This document shows positions 1-8,987 of a stretch of DNA of 64,000 nt, piece after piece; positions within the stretch are counted from its first letter, which is position 1; each line of letters starts with the position of its first letter. The stretch is taken from NCBI GenBank assembly GCA_977017645.1, contig OZ360219.1, forward strand, positions 14,446,001 through 14,510,000. The letters are read 5' to 3'. The notes under the pieces were generated by a model that saw only the letters and a list, made by a program, of their open reading frames with translations, was not told the DNA's origin and did not search any database. Position numbers and translations under genes: made by a program. This stretch comes from Torpedo marmorata (taxonomy: Eukaryota).

Positions 1-476
1 ATCTACCATTACTGGTGCTTTCAAAGGTTCCTGCTCTTGCTTTAAGTCTTGCCGCCAGCCATCTTTTGACTACCACTGGCCAGCAAAGTTAGTCCCTCAC
101 GGTGCATCTGGAAGATGGAATCTCCTGACCTTTACAACTGGCAGCTCTGGTTTATCCTGGGGTTCCAGGGATGCAGTGGGAGGGTGCTGATATGGTATGC
201 TGTGAGCATAGGGGAAAGTGAATTCAGGAAAGATTTGCCGTACATTCTTTCCCCAGAATAGTGACCAACAAGCCACAGATATTTTGAATAGAAAGTTAAA
301 TGAAGACAGAGTTGGACAATCTTTTGGAAGTGTTTTAAAAATTTGTAAATTTGCTGCTTCCTCCCAGATGATTAAAATGGAGACACGGTGACGGATCTCA
401 GCTCTGTCCTTTTTGTTCTGGCAGTAAGTCTGAAGCCATTCCTCACACACATAACCCCCTAAAAAAATGACACAGC

Positions 477-720
477 TGATATGCCTATCAATTAAGCACT
501 CAAGAGACTATGAGAGGGTTAACGTACCATAGGCTTTAATATACATAGAACAGAGCTGCAGTGGACCTACAGATCTTCCGGACTGAGGGCGGAGCCCTAG
601 CACACAAGCCTTTATTCAAGAGAGAAAAGGGGAGGGATTACCTGGAGACCCAAAGGAGGGGAGAGGAGTCGTTGGGACAGACAGCAGTACACACAATACA
701 CAAAACAGTGGTTTACCACA
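477..720 (-). repeat. 3' LTR of the intact Gypsy element
   Basis: Direct repeat of 4763-5006; sense termini TGTGG...TATCA. Confidence 0.96.
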
Positions 721-735
721 TTCACCCCTCCTTTT
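721..735 (-). promoter_or_regulatory. Polypurine tract (plus-strand primer)
   Basis: Minus strand reads AAAAGGAGGGGTGAA immediately before the 3' LTR TG. Confidence 0.85.
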
Positions 736-795
736 AAAAGAGTCCAGCGGGGTGGAGTGGCCACAATACAATCTCAAAGTATTTACAGTCATAAT

Positions 796-3700
796 TTACA
801 GGTCAAGGCGATCCGGTGGTTTGGCTCGCCTCTGTGACCTGCGCAGTACCCTGGGTGCGGGTTGTGGTGCAGGGGGTACCCTGGGTGCGGGTTGTGGTGC
901 AGGGGAAGATGGCAAGGCCGTCGCCTCCTCCTGTGGTGCTGGGTGAGATGGCAGGATTGTGGGTTCCATCGCAGGTGCCTGGTCTGACGTTGTAGAAGAG
1001 GGACTAGGGAGGGGCCGCAGCGAGTGGTCTTGCCCATCGAGAGGTTCCTCCGGCGCTCCCGCGGGCGCCAGGTCCCGAATTGAGACCGTGTCCTCTCTCC
1101 CATCCGGGAAGACCACGTAGGCGTACTGCGGGTTAGCGTGCGCTAACTGCACCCTCTGGACCGCGGGCTCATATTTGCTGCTCCGGAGGTGGTTGCGGAG
1201 CAGCACCGGCCCCGGAGACGTCAGCCAGGCAGGCAGGGCGGTCCCGGTGTTCGACCTCCTGGAGAAGGAGAAAATTCTCTCATGAGGCGTTACATTTGTG
1301 GCTGTGCACAGTAAGGACCGTATCGAATGGAGGGCTTCGGGGAGAACATCTTGCCAGCGGGAAACCGGCAGTCCCCTGGACTTGAGAGCCAGGAGCGCCG
1401 CCTTCCAGACCGTGGCGTTCTCCCTTTCCACCTGTCCATTACCTCGGGGGTTGTATGCGGTGGTCCTACTAGTGGCGATGCCCCGGGTCAGCAGGAACTG
1501 GCGCAGCTCCTCACTCATAAAAGCGGATCCCCGGTCGCTATGAATGTAGTTCGGGAAGCCGAACAGCGTAAATACCTGGCGAAGGGCTTTTATGGTTGAG
1601 GCAGCCGAAGTGTCGGGGCAGGGAATGGCGAAGGGGAACCGCGAGTACTCGTCAATAATGTTCAGAAAATACACATTGCGGTTCGTGGAGGGAAGGGGAC
1701 CCTTGAAGTCAATGCTGAGACGTTCAAAGGGGCGAGTGGCTTTGATCAGCTGTGCCTTGTCGGGGCGGTAAAACTGAGGTTTGCACTCCGCGCAAACCCG
1801 GCAACTGCTGATCATTGTCCTGACCTCTTCCAGGGAGTATGGCAGGTTCTGTGACTTCACGAAGTGAAAGAGCCTGGTAATTCCTGGGTGGCATAGGTCG
1901 TTATGTAGGGCGTGTAATCGGTCGACCTGCGCGCTGGCGCATGATCCCCGGGATAGAGCATCGGAGGGCTCATTGAGCTTCCCGGGCCGGTACATGATGT
2001 CGTAATTGTAGGTGGAGAGCTCTATTCTCCACCTCATGATCTTGTCATTTTTGATCTTACCCCGCTGCTGATTGTTGAACATGAATGCCACAGAGCGTTG
2101 ATCTGTCAGCAGGGTAAAACGCTTACCGGCAAGATAGTGCCTCCAGTGCCTGATGGCCTCCACTATGGCCTGGGCTTCCTTCTCCACCGCTGAGTGCCGA
2201 ATTTCGGGGCCCTGTAGGGTTCGGGAGAAAAATGCCACCGGCCTTCCCGCCTGGTTGAGGGTAGCAGCCAGCGCGAAGTCCGATGCGTCACTCTCCACCT
2301 GGAAGGGTGTCTCCTCATCCACTGCGTGCATTGTTGCTCGCGCAATGTCCCCTTTTATAAGGTCGAATGCCTTACGTGCCTCCGAAGCAAGGGGAAATGC
2401 AGTGGATTTCACAAGGGGTCGGGCCTTATCCGCATAATTTGGGACCCATTGGGCATAATAAGAAAAGAACCCGAGGCATCGTTTAAGGGCTCTGGGATTG
2501 GCGGGGAGCGGAAGTTCCAGCAGGGGTCGCATGCGTTCGGGGTCTGGTCCAATTACCCCGTTCTCGACCACATACCCCAAAATAGCGAGGTGAGTGGTAC
2601 CAAACACGCATTTTTCTTTGTTATACGTGAGGTTTAGAGCTTTTGCCGCCTGCAGGAACTTCCGGAGGTTGTTGTCATGGTCCTGACGATCATAACCACA
2701 GATGGTAATGTCGTCAAGGTATGGGAAAGTGGCTTTGAGTTTGTAATGGTCCACAATCCTGTCCATCTCCCGCTGAAAAACAGAAACACCATTAGTAACA
2801 CCAAAAGGAAGGCGCAAGAATTGGAACAGCCTGCCATCTGCCTCGAACGCGGTGTATGGGCGGTCCTCCCGACGGATAGGGAGCTGATGGTATGCCGATT
2901 TCAAGTCGATGGTGGAAAAGAGGCGGTATTGGGCAATTTGGTTCACCATCTCCGCTATCCGTGGTAGCGGGTATGCATCTAGAAGCGTAAACCTGTTAAT
3001 GGTTTGGCTGTAGTCCACCACCATTCTGCTCTTGGCCCCTTTTACAATGACCACCTGGGCTCTCCAGGGACTATTGCTCATCTCTATAATCCCTTCCTGT
3101 TGCAATCTTTGTACCTCCGTCTTGATGAATGCTCTGTCCTCGGTACTGTAACGCCTGCTTTTAGTTGCCACAGGCCTACAGTCCGGGGTCAGGTTCGCAA
3201 ACAACGACGGAGGCGAGATCTTAAGGGTAGAAAGACCACAGGTGGTTTCGGGCGCGCTGTCCAGAAACTGGTGGTTGGCTACAGTGATCGCGGGGAGAGG
3301 ACCGTCATACCGCATTGTAACGCTCTGCAAATGGCTCTGAAAATCCAAACCCAGTAATACCGGCGCACACAAGCGGTTCATCACAAACAAGGAAAATTGT
3401 CTGTACTCTGCCCCTTGTACCCCAATGTTCGCCACACACGCCCCCCGGATGTCGGTTGTGTGGGACCCGGACGCCATGGCCACCCTCTGGCTTACCGGTA
3501 CGGTCGTTAGGCCACAGCGTTGAACAGTATCCGGGTGGATAAAGCTCTCAGTGCTTCCAGTGTCAAATAAACAATTTATCTTGTGTCCCTCGACCAGTAT
3601 GTCCATCATGGATCTTGTCAGCTGGTGGGGAACGTTCTGGTCGAGGGTGATGGATGCCAAAGTAGGGGTGAAGTCGTCTTGATCCGAGGTCTTTAAAAAT

Positions 3701-4731
3701 GGCCGCTCCCGTGGGTTGCACGTGTCGCTGGAGGTCTCTGCACAAAATGGCGGCGCCGGAAGTGCCGGAAGTAACGATGTATGGCTCTGAGATGGCGGCG
3801 CCGGAAGTGCCAGCATGAAAGATGGCCGCTTCCACTCCTCACACGCGGTCGGCGCCGGAAGTGCCAGTCTGCAAGATGGCCGCTCCCATCTCTCGCACGC
3901 GGCACTACTCGGGCCCGCGCGCGGCTTGGAGCGGCAGGCCTTCGCGTAGTGGCCTTTCTTGCCGCAGTTGGAACAAGTCGCGTCGCGGGCCGGGCAGCGC
4001 TTCCTCGGATGCTTGTCGAGCCCGCAGAAGTAGCACTTCTCGGGCTCGCGATTAACAGCTGCGGCGGTGAGAGTAGCGTTGATAGCGGTCGGGTCGCGGG
4101 TAGCGGCGGCAGCAGTCGGGTCGCGGGCCACAGCGGCCACAGTTGGATCGGTGGGGCTGGGGAACGGGGCGATCCACACATTAGGCTGGGGGTCCCGCGT
4201 CTGCATCGCGTCGGAGTTCTGCAGCGCGGACTCCAGCGTGCAAGCCATCGCCACCGCAGAACGGAGATCGAGATCAGAGTGCTCCAGCAGCCGCTGGCGT
4301 ACGTATGTTGACCTCATCCCCATAATAAAGGTGTCTCTCTCCAGCAGATCAATATGTTGCTCTTCCGTCAGCGCTTTACAGGCGCACGCTCGCACTAGGT
4401 ACTGGATGTCTCTGACAAAGTCCACCATTGACTCCCCGGCCCGCTGTTTCCGCAACGATAGTCTGTACCTTGCATAGACCTCATTAACAGGGGTCACATA
4501 GATCTTTCTCAGCACCTCCATCGCCTCGTTGTACGTTCCGCATTTCCAGATGGTCGAATACAATCGAGGGCTTACCCTAGATACTAGGACCTCTAGCTTC
4601 TGCTCGTCGCTTTCGGCCTTGACCTCCTTTGAGAACGATCGGAGGCAGCGTAGCCAGTGTTCGAATGCATGACCAGCGTCAGGAGCCAAAGGGTCGATGT
4701 CTAGTCGGTCCGGTCGGAGGGCGCCTTCCAT
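796..4731 (-). CDS. gag-pol: Gag-Pol polyprotein, 1311 aa (gag, CCHC knuckle, protease, RT, RNase H, integrase)
   Basis: CSNCGKKGHYAKAC knuckle; LFDTGS protease; LPFG and YLDD RT motifs; ESDAS RNase H; HNDLCH..CRVC, IDFKGP, SDRG and GQVER integrase motifs, in Gypsy order. Confidence 0.96.
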   Translation of the reverse strand: MEGALRPDRLDIDPLAPDAGHAFEHWLRCLRSFSKEVKAESDEQKLEVLVSRVSPRLYSTIWKCGTYNEAMEVLRKIYVTPVNEVYARYRLSLRKQRAGESMVDFVRDIQYLVRACACKALTEEQHIDLLERDTFIMGMRSTYVRQRLLEHSDLDLRSAVAMACTLESALQNSDAMQTRDPQPNVWIAPFPSPTDPTVAAVARDPTAAAATRDPTAINATLTAAAVNREPEKCYFCGLDKHPRKRCPARDATCSNCGKKGHYAKACRSKPRAGPSSAACERWERPSCRLALPAPTACEEWKRPSFMLALPAPPSQSHTSLLPALPAPPFCAETSSDTCNPRERPFLKTSDQDDFTPTLASITLDQNVPHQLTRSMMDILVEGHKINCLFDTGSTESFIHPDTVQRCGLTTVPVSQRVAMASGSHTTDIRGACVANIGVQGAEYRQFSLFVMNRLCAPVLLGLDFQSHLQSVTMRYDGPLPAITVANHQFLDSAPETTCGLSTLKISPPSLFANLTPDCRPVATKSRRYSTEDRAFIKTEVQRLQQEGIIEMSNSPWRAQVVIVKGAKSRMVVDYSQTINRFTLLDAYPLPRIAEMVNQIAQYRLFSTIDLKSAYHQLPIRREDRPYTAFEADGRLFQFLRLPFGVTNGVSVFQREMDRIVDHYKLKATFPYLDDITICGYDRQDHDNNLRKFLQAAKALNLTYNKEKCVFGTTHLAILGYVVENGVIGPDPERMRPLLELPLPANPRALKRCLGFFSYYAQWVPNYADKARPLVKSTAFPLASEARKAFDLIKGDIARATMHAVDEETPFQVESDASDFALAATLNQAGRPVAFFSRTLQGPEIRHSAVEKEAQAIVEAIRHWRHYLAGKRFTLLTDQRSVAFMFNNQQRGKIKNDKIMRWRIELSTYNYDIMYRPGKLNEPSDALSRGSCASAQVDRLHALHNDLCHPGITRLFHFVKSQNLPYSLEEVRTMISSCRVCAECKPQFYRPDKAQLIKATRPFERLSIDFKGPLPSTNRNVYFLNIIDEYSRFPFAIPCPDTSAASTIKALRQVFTLFGFPNYIHSDRGSAFMSEELRQFLLTRGIATSRTTAYNPRGNGQVERENATVWKAALLALKSRGLPVSRWQDVLPEALHSIRSLLCTATNVTPHERIFSFSRRSNTGTALPAWLTSPGPVLLRNHLRSSKYEPAVQRVQLAHANPQYAYVVFPDGREDTVSIRDLAPAGAPEEPLDGQDHSLRPLPSPSSTTSDQAPAMEPTILPSHPAPQEEATALPSSPAPQPAPRVPPAPQPAPRVLRRSQRRAKPPDRLDL

Positions 4732-4762
4732 AATTTTTTTTTTTGTTGTATGTATATTAAAT

Positions 4763-5006
4763 TGATATGCCTATCAATTAAGCACTCAAGAGACTATGAG
4801 AGGGTTAACGTACCATAGGCTTTAATATACATAGAACAGAGCTGCAGTGGACCTACAGATCTTCCGGACTGAGGGCGGAGCCCTAGCACACAAGCCTTTA
4901 TTCAAGAGAGAAAAGGGGAGGGATTACCTGGAGACCCAAAGGAGGGGAGAGGAGTCGTTGGGACAGACAGCAGTACACACAATACACAAAACAGTGGTTT
5001 ACCACA
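4763..5006 (-). repeat. 5' LTR of the intact Gypsy element
   Basis: Direct repeat of 477-720; sense strand has a TATA-like GAATAAAG, an Inr-like TCAGT and an ATTAAA poly(A) signal. Confidence 0.96.
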
Positions 5007-5289
5007 ACAGCCGGTTAAACCTTCACCTCAAACAAAGGAAGTAACGTCATTGGAGTGCATGAGATCTGGTCACATGAGTTTCCCACTTGCCAATAAAGGC
5101 TGAGCAGTGGAGTGAGTTGGGGAGTTGAATTTGCTAAATTCATTCTGGAGCACTGAAGGCCTTGTCGTCAGGCAGCAAGCCAAGATTGGACATCCAAATG
5201 AATCAAATGTTGTTTAATGTTCCAGTTTTCTTAGAGTACAGTGAGGGGGGATTAGGAAAACACACAGTTGTCAAAATTTTTTTAATGGA

Positions 5290-5970
5290 CCTGATTAGAA
5301 TGCAAGTTACACAAAGATATTGCTGGGACACTGTTTAAAACACATTTAGACACGTCCATGGACATGAAAGGTTGAAAGGGATGTCAGATCAGATGCTATT
5401 TATTGTCCTATAATAAAACAGAATTGTAATATTACACAAAATGGCCTTTAGTCTGCTCAAGTCGCCAGCAGCCCACAGCCTGTGTGGGTTCCTCACCCAC
5501 AAGTCGCCAACAGCTCGCCGCCTGTGTGTGTACTTCAGCTGCAGAGCCCCTCGCTGGTCCGCCACCATGGTCACCGTCCTTAGGGTCGTCTCCTCTGCTT
5601 CTCCTTCTCAACAGGGGGTGTTCTCCATGTTACTGGTGCCTTCTGCACCCCCAGAGTCGGCAACCCCTTGTGGCCGCGGCTGAACATAGGCGGCACCATC
5701 TTGGGCCCAGACCCTGCGTTTTCAGGAGTTTTAGATAAAACACCGTTAGCTCCTTTAACAGACAGTTTAAAGCCTGTAGGACAGGGCAGTAGGACCCTGT
5801 GGGTGAGCACCATGTCTCGGCTTCTTGCTCTCCCTGTGTCTGCACCAGGGGCAGTCCTTCCTCGCCGAATGGGCCAAATGCAAGCAAATGGGACCAGCTC
5901 ATCTAGGGAACTTGGCTGGCACAGACAAATTGGGCTGAAAGGCCTGTTTCAGTGCTGTGCAACTCTATGT
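5290..5970 (+). mobile_element. Degenerate CR1 LINE 3' end, split by an insertion at ~5384-5868
   Basis: Decayed versions of the CR1 3' motifs seen in younger copies here (tttagacacgtccatgga; gggctgaaaggcctgtttcagtgctgt). Confidence 0.6.
5384..5868 (-). mobile_element. Non-coding retroposon with Rex1-like tail (candidate SINE or non-autonomous LINE derivative)
   Basis: Minus strand ends GACAATAAAT..ATCTGATCTGA; GC-rich body with no RT similarity; interrupts the CR1 3' end. Confidence 0.45.
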
Positions 5971-6000
5971 AGGAGTTTCTGGAAAGGCAAGTATTTTTGC

Positions 6001-7081
6001 CTAAAAACACACAGAAATGCTGGAGGAACTCAGCAGGTCTTGCAGCATCCATAGGAGGTAAAGATATATTACCGACGTTTCGGGCCTGAGTCCTTCTTCA
6101 AGGAATAATCAAAGAACAGGAAGGTGTCAGAATAAAGACTGAAGACTGGCCAGGGGAGGAGTCCAGACCAACAAAAGTGCTAATTGGATATGATAAGTGG
6201 AGAGGTTAGAATTGATTTTGGCTCTGTGAAAGGAGACAGAGGGAAAAGGGAAGAGAGAGAGAAAGAGATACAGCTGTGGGAAGGGCGACAGGGAGAAGAG
6301 AGTGGGGGGTGCTTAATGGAAAATGGAGGTTGATGTTAATGCCATCTGGTTGGAGGGTGCCCAGAAGGAAGATAATGTGTTGTTCCTCCAATTTGCAGGT
6401 GGTCTCAGTCTGGCAGTGCATGAGACCATGGACAGACATGTCAGCAAGGGAATGGGGGTGGCCACTGGGAGATCCACGCTATTGTGGAGGCAGACCCAAG
6501 GTGCTCAACAAAGCGATCTCCCAGTCTGCGTCCAGTCTCTCTGATGTAGAGACCCACACAGGGAGCACCGATGCAGTAGATGACCCCTGCAGATACACAA
6601 GTGAAATGTTGCTTCACTTGGAAGACTGTGGTTGGCGGCTGTGTTGATGGTTGGTCGAGCGAAAGCCACGTCATTTGAAGGAGGATGTACTGGCACTGAT
6701 TTACCCCAGCTTACAAACAAATAAATACACTCACTCGTTTCTTTCAGCACACCATGAAGTTGACTTTCCTTTTTTTTTTGCAGACACAACATTGTGTTCT
6801 TCAACTCCCCAAAAACCACCCAGCCAAACCCCTCTGATTTTCTCATTGGCTCACCACCACACGGGTGATCCTGACGCTCTCACTCTCCTCCTCTTGCGTC
6901 CGAGATCCGTCACCCGTATACTGACACTTAACACACCCGCGCATGCACGCTATTACTCCCGCGCGTCCCTTCGCTTACGTCATCAGCAGCGACCGGCACC
7001 GCTCCCAACGCAGGTAAGTATGCGACTGCGACAAGGCTTTTCTGATGATCTGGCATGGAAGACCTCGTCCTGGGAGCAGAA
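6001..7081 (-). mobile_element. Truncated Penelope-like element (GIY-YIG end and terminal repeat)
   Basis: GVIYCI..LYIRETGRRLGDRFVEH and KLEEQHIIF..GTLQPDGIN peptides; CSQDEVFH remnant near 7050-7080; 12-bp TSD AAGTATTTTTGC (5989-6000, 7082-7093). Confidence 0.85.
6627..7033. other. Unassigned CpG-rich insert with TG..CA ends (possible solo LTR)
   Basis: Interrupts the Penelope homology; flanks AGAC and AGGC form an imperfect 4-bp duplication; promoter-like motifs inside. Confidence 0.4.
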
Positions 7082-7138
7082 AAGTATTTTTGCATGTTCA
7101 CAATTGTCCCTGCATTGATTGTGTTCTGCTGTCTTCTT

Positions 7139-8987
7139 TTTTAAAAATTATATTTAAAATTTTTAATCACACGATAATACATGTTTACAAAAATCAAAAT
7201 TATCAAAATACATGTGATATATTTTCACCCTGCCCTCCCTCCCTTCCCCCTCCCTAACCCACCCACCCCTACTACTCTAATAAAATAGAGAGAAAAGAAA
7301 AAAAAAGAAAGAATAGAATGTGGAGAATGTCAATGTGAAAGAAAAAACAACTATACATTAATTTTATTGTGGAATACAGGTTCGCCAGTCAGACCTGGTA
7401 TCGAGAGATCCTCAAATCCTTAAACACACAGTTTTTGCATATGGGCTCCATACCTTAAAAAAGAAATTATATTTATTACGTAAATTATAAGTAATTTTTC
7501 CAAGTGGTATAGCTGAACGAAGTTCTGCATGCCATCTTTCTAACCCTAAATCTACATCAGATTTCCATGTAATAGCAATGCATTTCTTTGAAACAACTAC
7601 AGCAATTCACAAAAATTCTATTCAGTGGATAAAGATGGGTGGGAAAGGGTTAATTTCTTGTAAAATACGTCACACGTAGATAGGGTGGTGAAGAAGGCAT
7701 TTGGTATGTTGGCCTTCATAAATCAAAGTATTGAATATAGGAGTTGGGATGTCATGTTGAAGTTGTATAAGGCATTGGTGAGGCCAAATTTGGAATATTG
7801 TGCGCAGTTTTGGTCGCCGAATTACAGGAAGGATATAAACAGAATAGAGAGAGTGCAGAGGAGATTTACAAGAATGTTCTCTGGGTTTCTGGGTTTGAGT
7901 TATAGGGAAAGGTTGAACTGGCTGGGACTTTATTCCCTGGAGCGTAGAAGGTTGAGGGGTGATTTGATAGAGGTATTTAAAATTATGAAGGGGAAAGATA
8001 GAGTCAATGTGGACAGGCTTTTTCCATTGAGAGAGGGGAAGATTCAAACAAGAGGGCATGGATTGAGATTGAAGGGGGAAAAGTTTAGAGGAAACATGAG
8101 GAGGAATTTCTTCACTCAGAGGGTGGTAGGAGGGTGGAACGAGCTTCCGGCCGAAGTGGTAGATGCAGGTTCAATTTTAATGTTTAAGGAAAAGTTGGAT
8201 AGGTACATGGATGAGAGAGATGTGGAGGGTTATGGGCCGGGTGCGGGTCAGTGGGACTAGGTGGGAGAATGTGTTTGGCATGGACTCGAAGGGCCGAACT
8301 GGCCTGTTTCTCTGCTGTAAATGTTATATAATACCTTAAAATAAACTTATCCCATTTACTATGGATAATCAATTGTTTAAAATTTGGTTTCAAAAAGGGA
8401 TTAAAAAGTAAATGATTGTTTTGAAGCTAGTAAATTTATCACTTTTCAAAGAATGAAAGAGAAGTTTAATGTATTAAATAATACACTCTTTGCTTATTAT
8501 CAATTAAGAGCATTTTTAGTTGAAAAGTTGGGTCATAGTTTAATTTTACCAAGACAAAGCGAATTGGAGCTACTAGTTATTAATGGGGGTATAAATAAAT
8601 TGATTTCTCAAATGTATAAATTGTTACAGAAAAAAATGCCTAAACCTGGAATTCATAAATCAAGATTAAAATGGGAATCATATTTGAATGTAACAATAGA
8701 TGAGGAACATTGGAAAGAAATATGTAAACAAAGTATGGCTAAAATTATTAATGTTAGATATAGGTTAGTACAATATAATTTTTTGCATTAATTATATTTA
8801 ACGCCTAAGAAACTAAAGAAATTTAACTCAAGATTATCAGATTTATGTTTCAGATGTAATATAGAAGAAGGTTCTTTTGTACATTCTACATTGTTTTGTC
8901 CAAAGATACATGCTTTTTGGTTGAAAGTTAAAAAGTTTTTAGACAAAGTATTAAGAATTACACTCCCAATAAATCCTATGATATTTT
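7139..8987 (-). mobile_element. L1-clade LINE with 5' inversion
   Basis: 3' end on minus strand at 7139-7622; upstream ORF2 segment on plus strand at 7623-8987 (RYRLVQYNFLH); 17-bp TSD TGTTCTGCTGTCTTCTT (7122-7138, 8988-9004). Confidence 0.9.
7669..8329 (+). mobile_element. 5'-truncated CR1 LINE nested in the inverted L1 segment
   Basis: ORF 7685-8260 (LVRPNLEYCAQFWSP..FFTQRVV) plus CR1 3' UTR; AATAC on both sides (7664-7668, 8330-8334); L1 peptide resumes across the insert. Confidence 0.92.

Larger units (their letters stand above)
477..5006 (-). mobile_element. Intact Ty3/Gypsy LTR retrotransposon, 4530 bp
   Basis: Two 244-bp TG..CA LTRs (477-720, 4763-5006) with no difference seen by eye; 5-bp TSD ACAGC (472-476, 5007-5011); one uninterrupted gag-pol ORF; polypurine tract next to the 3' LTR. 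Confidence 0.97.

Noticed and set aside
97-450. 117-aa minus-strand ORF
   Set aside because: No recognisable domain or splice context; starts at a non-ATG codon.
752-4477. Many antisense or alternate-frame ORFs over the intact Gypsy
   Set aside because: Expected shadows of a GC-rich coding region.
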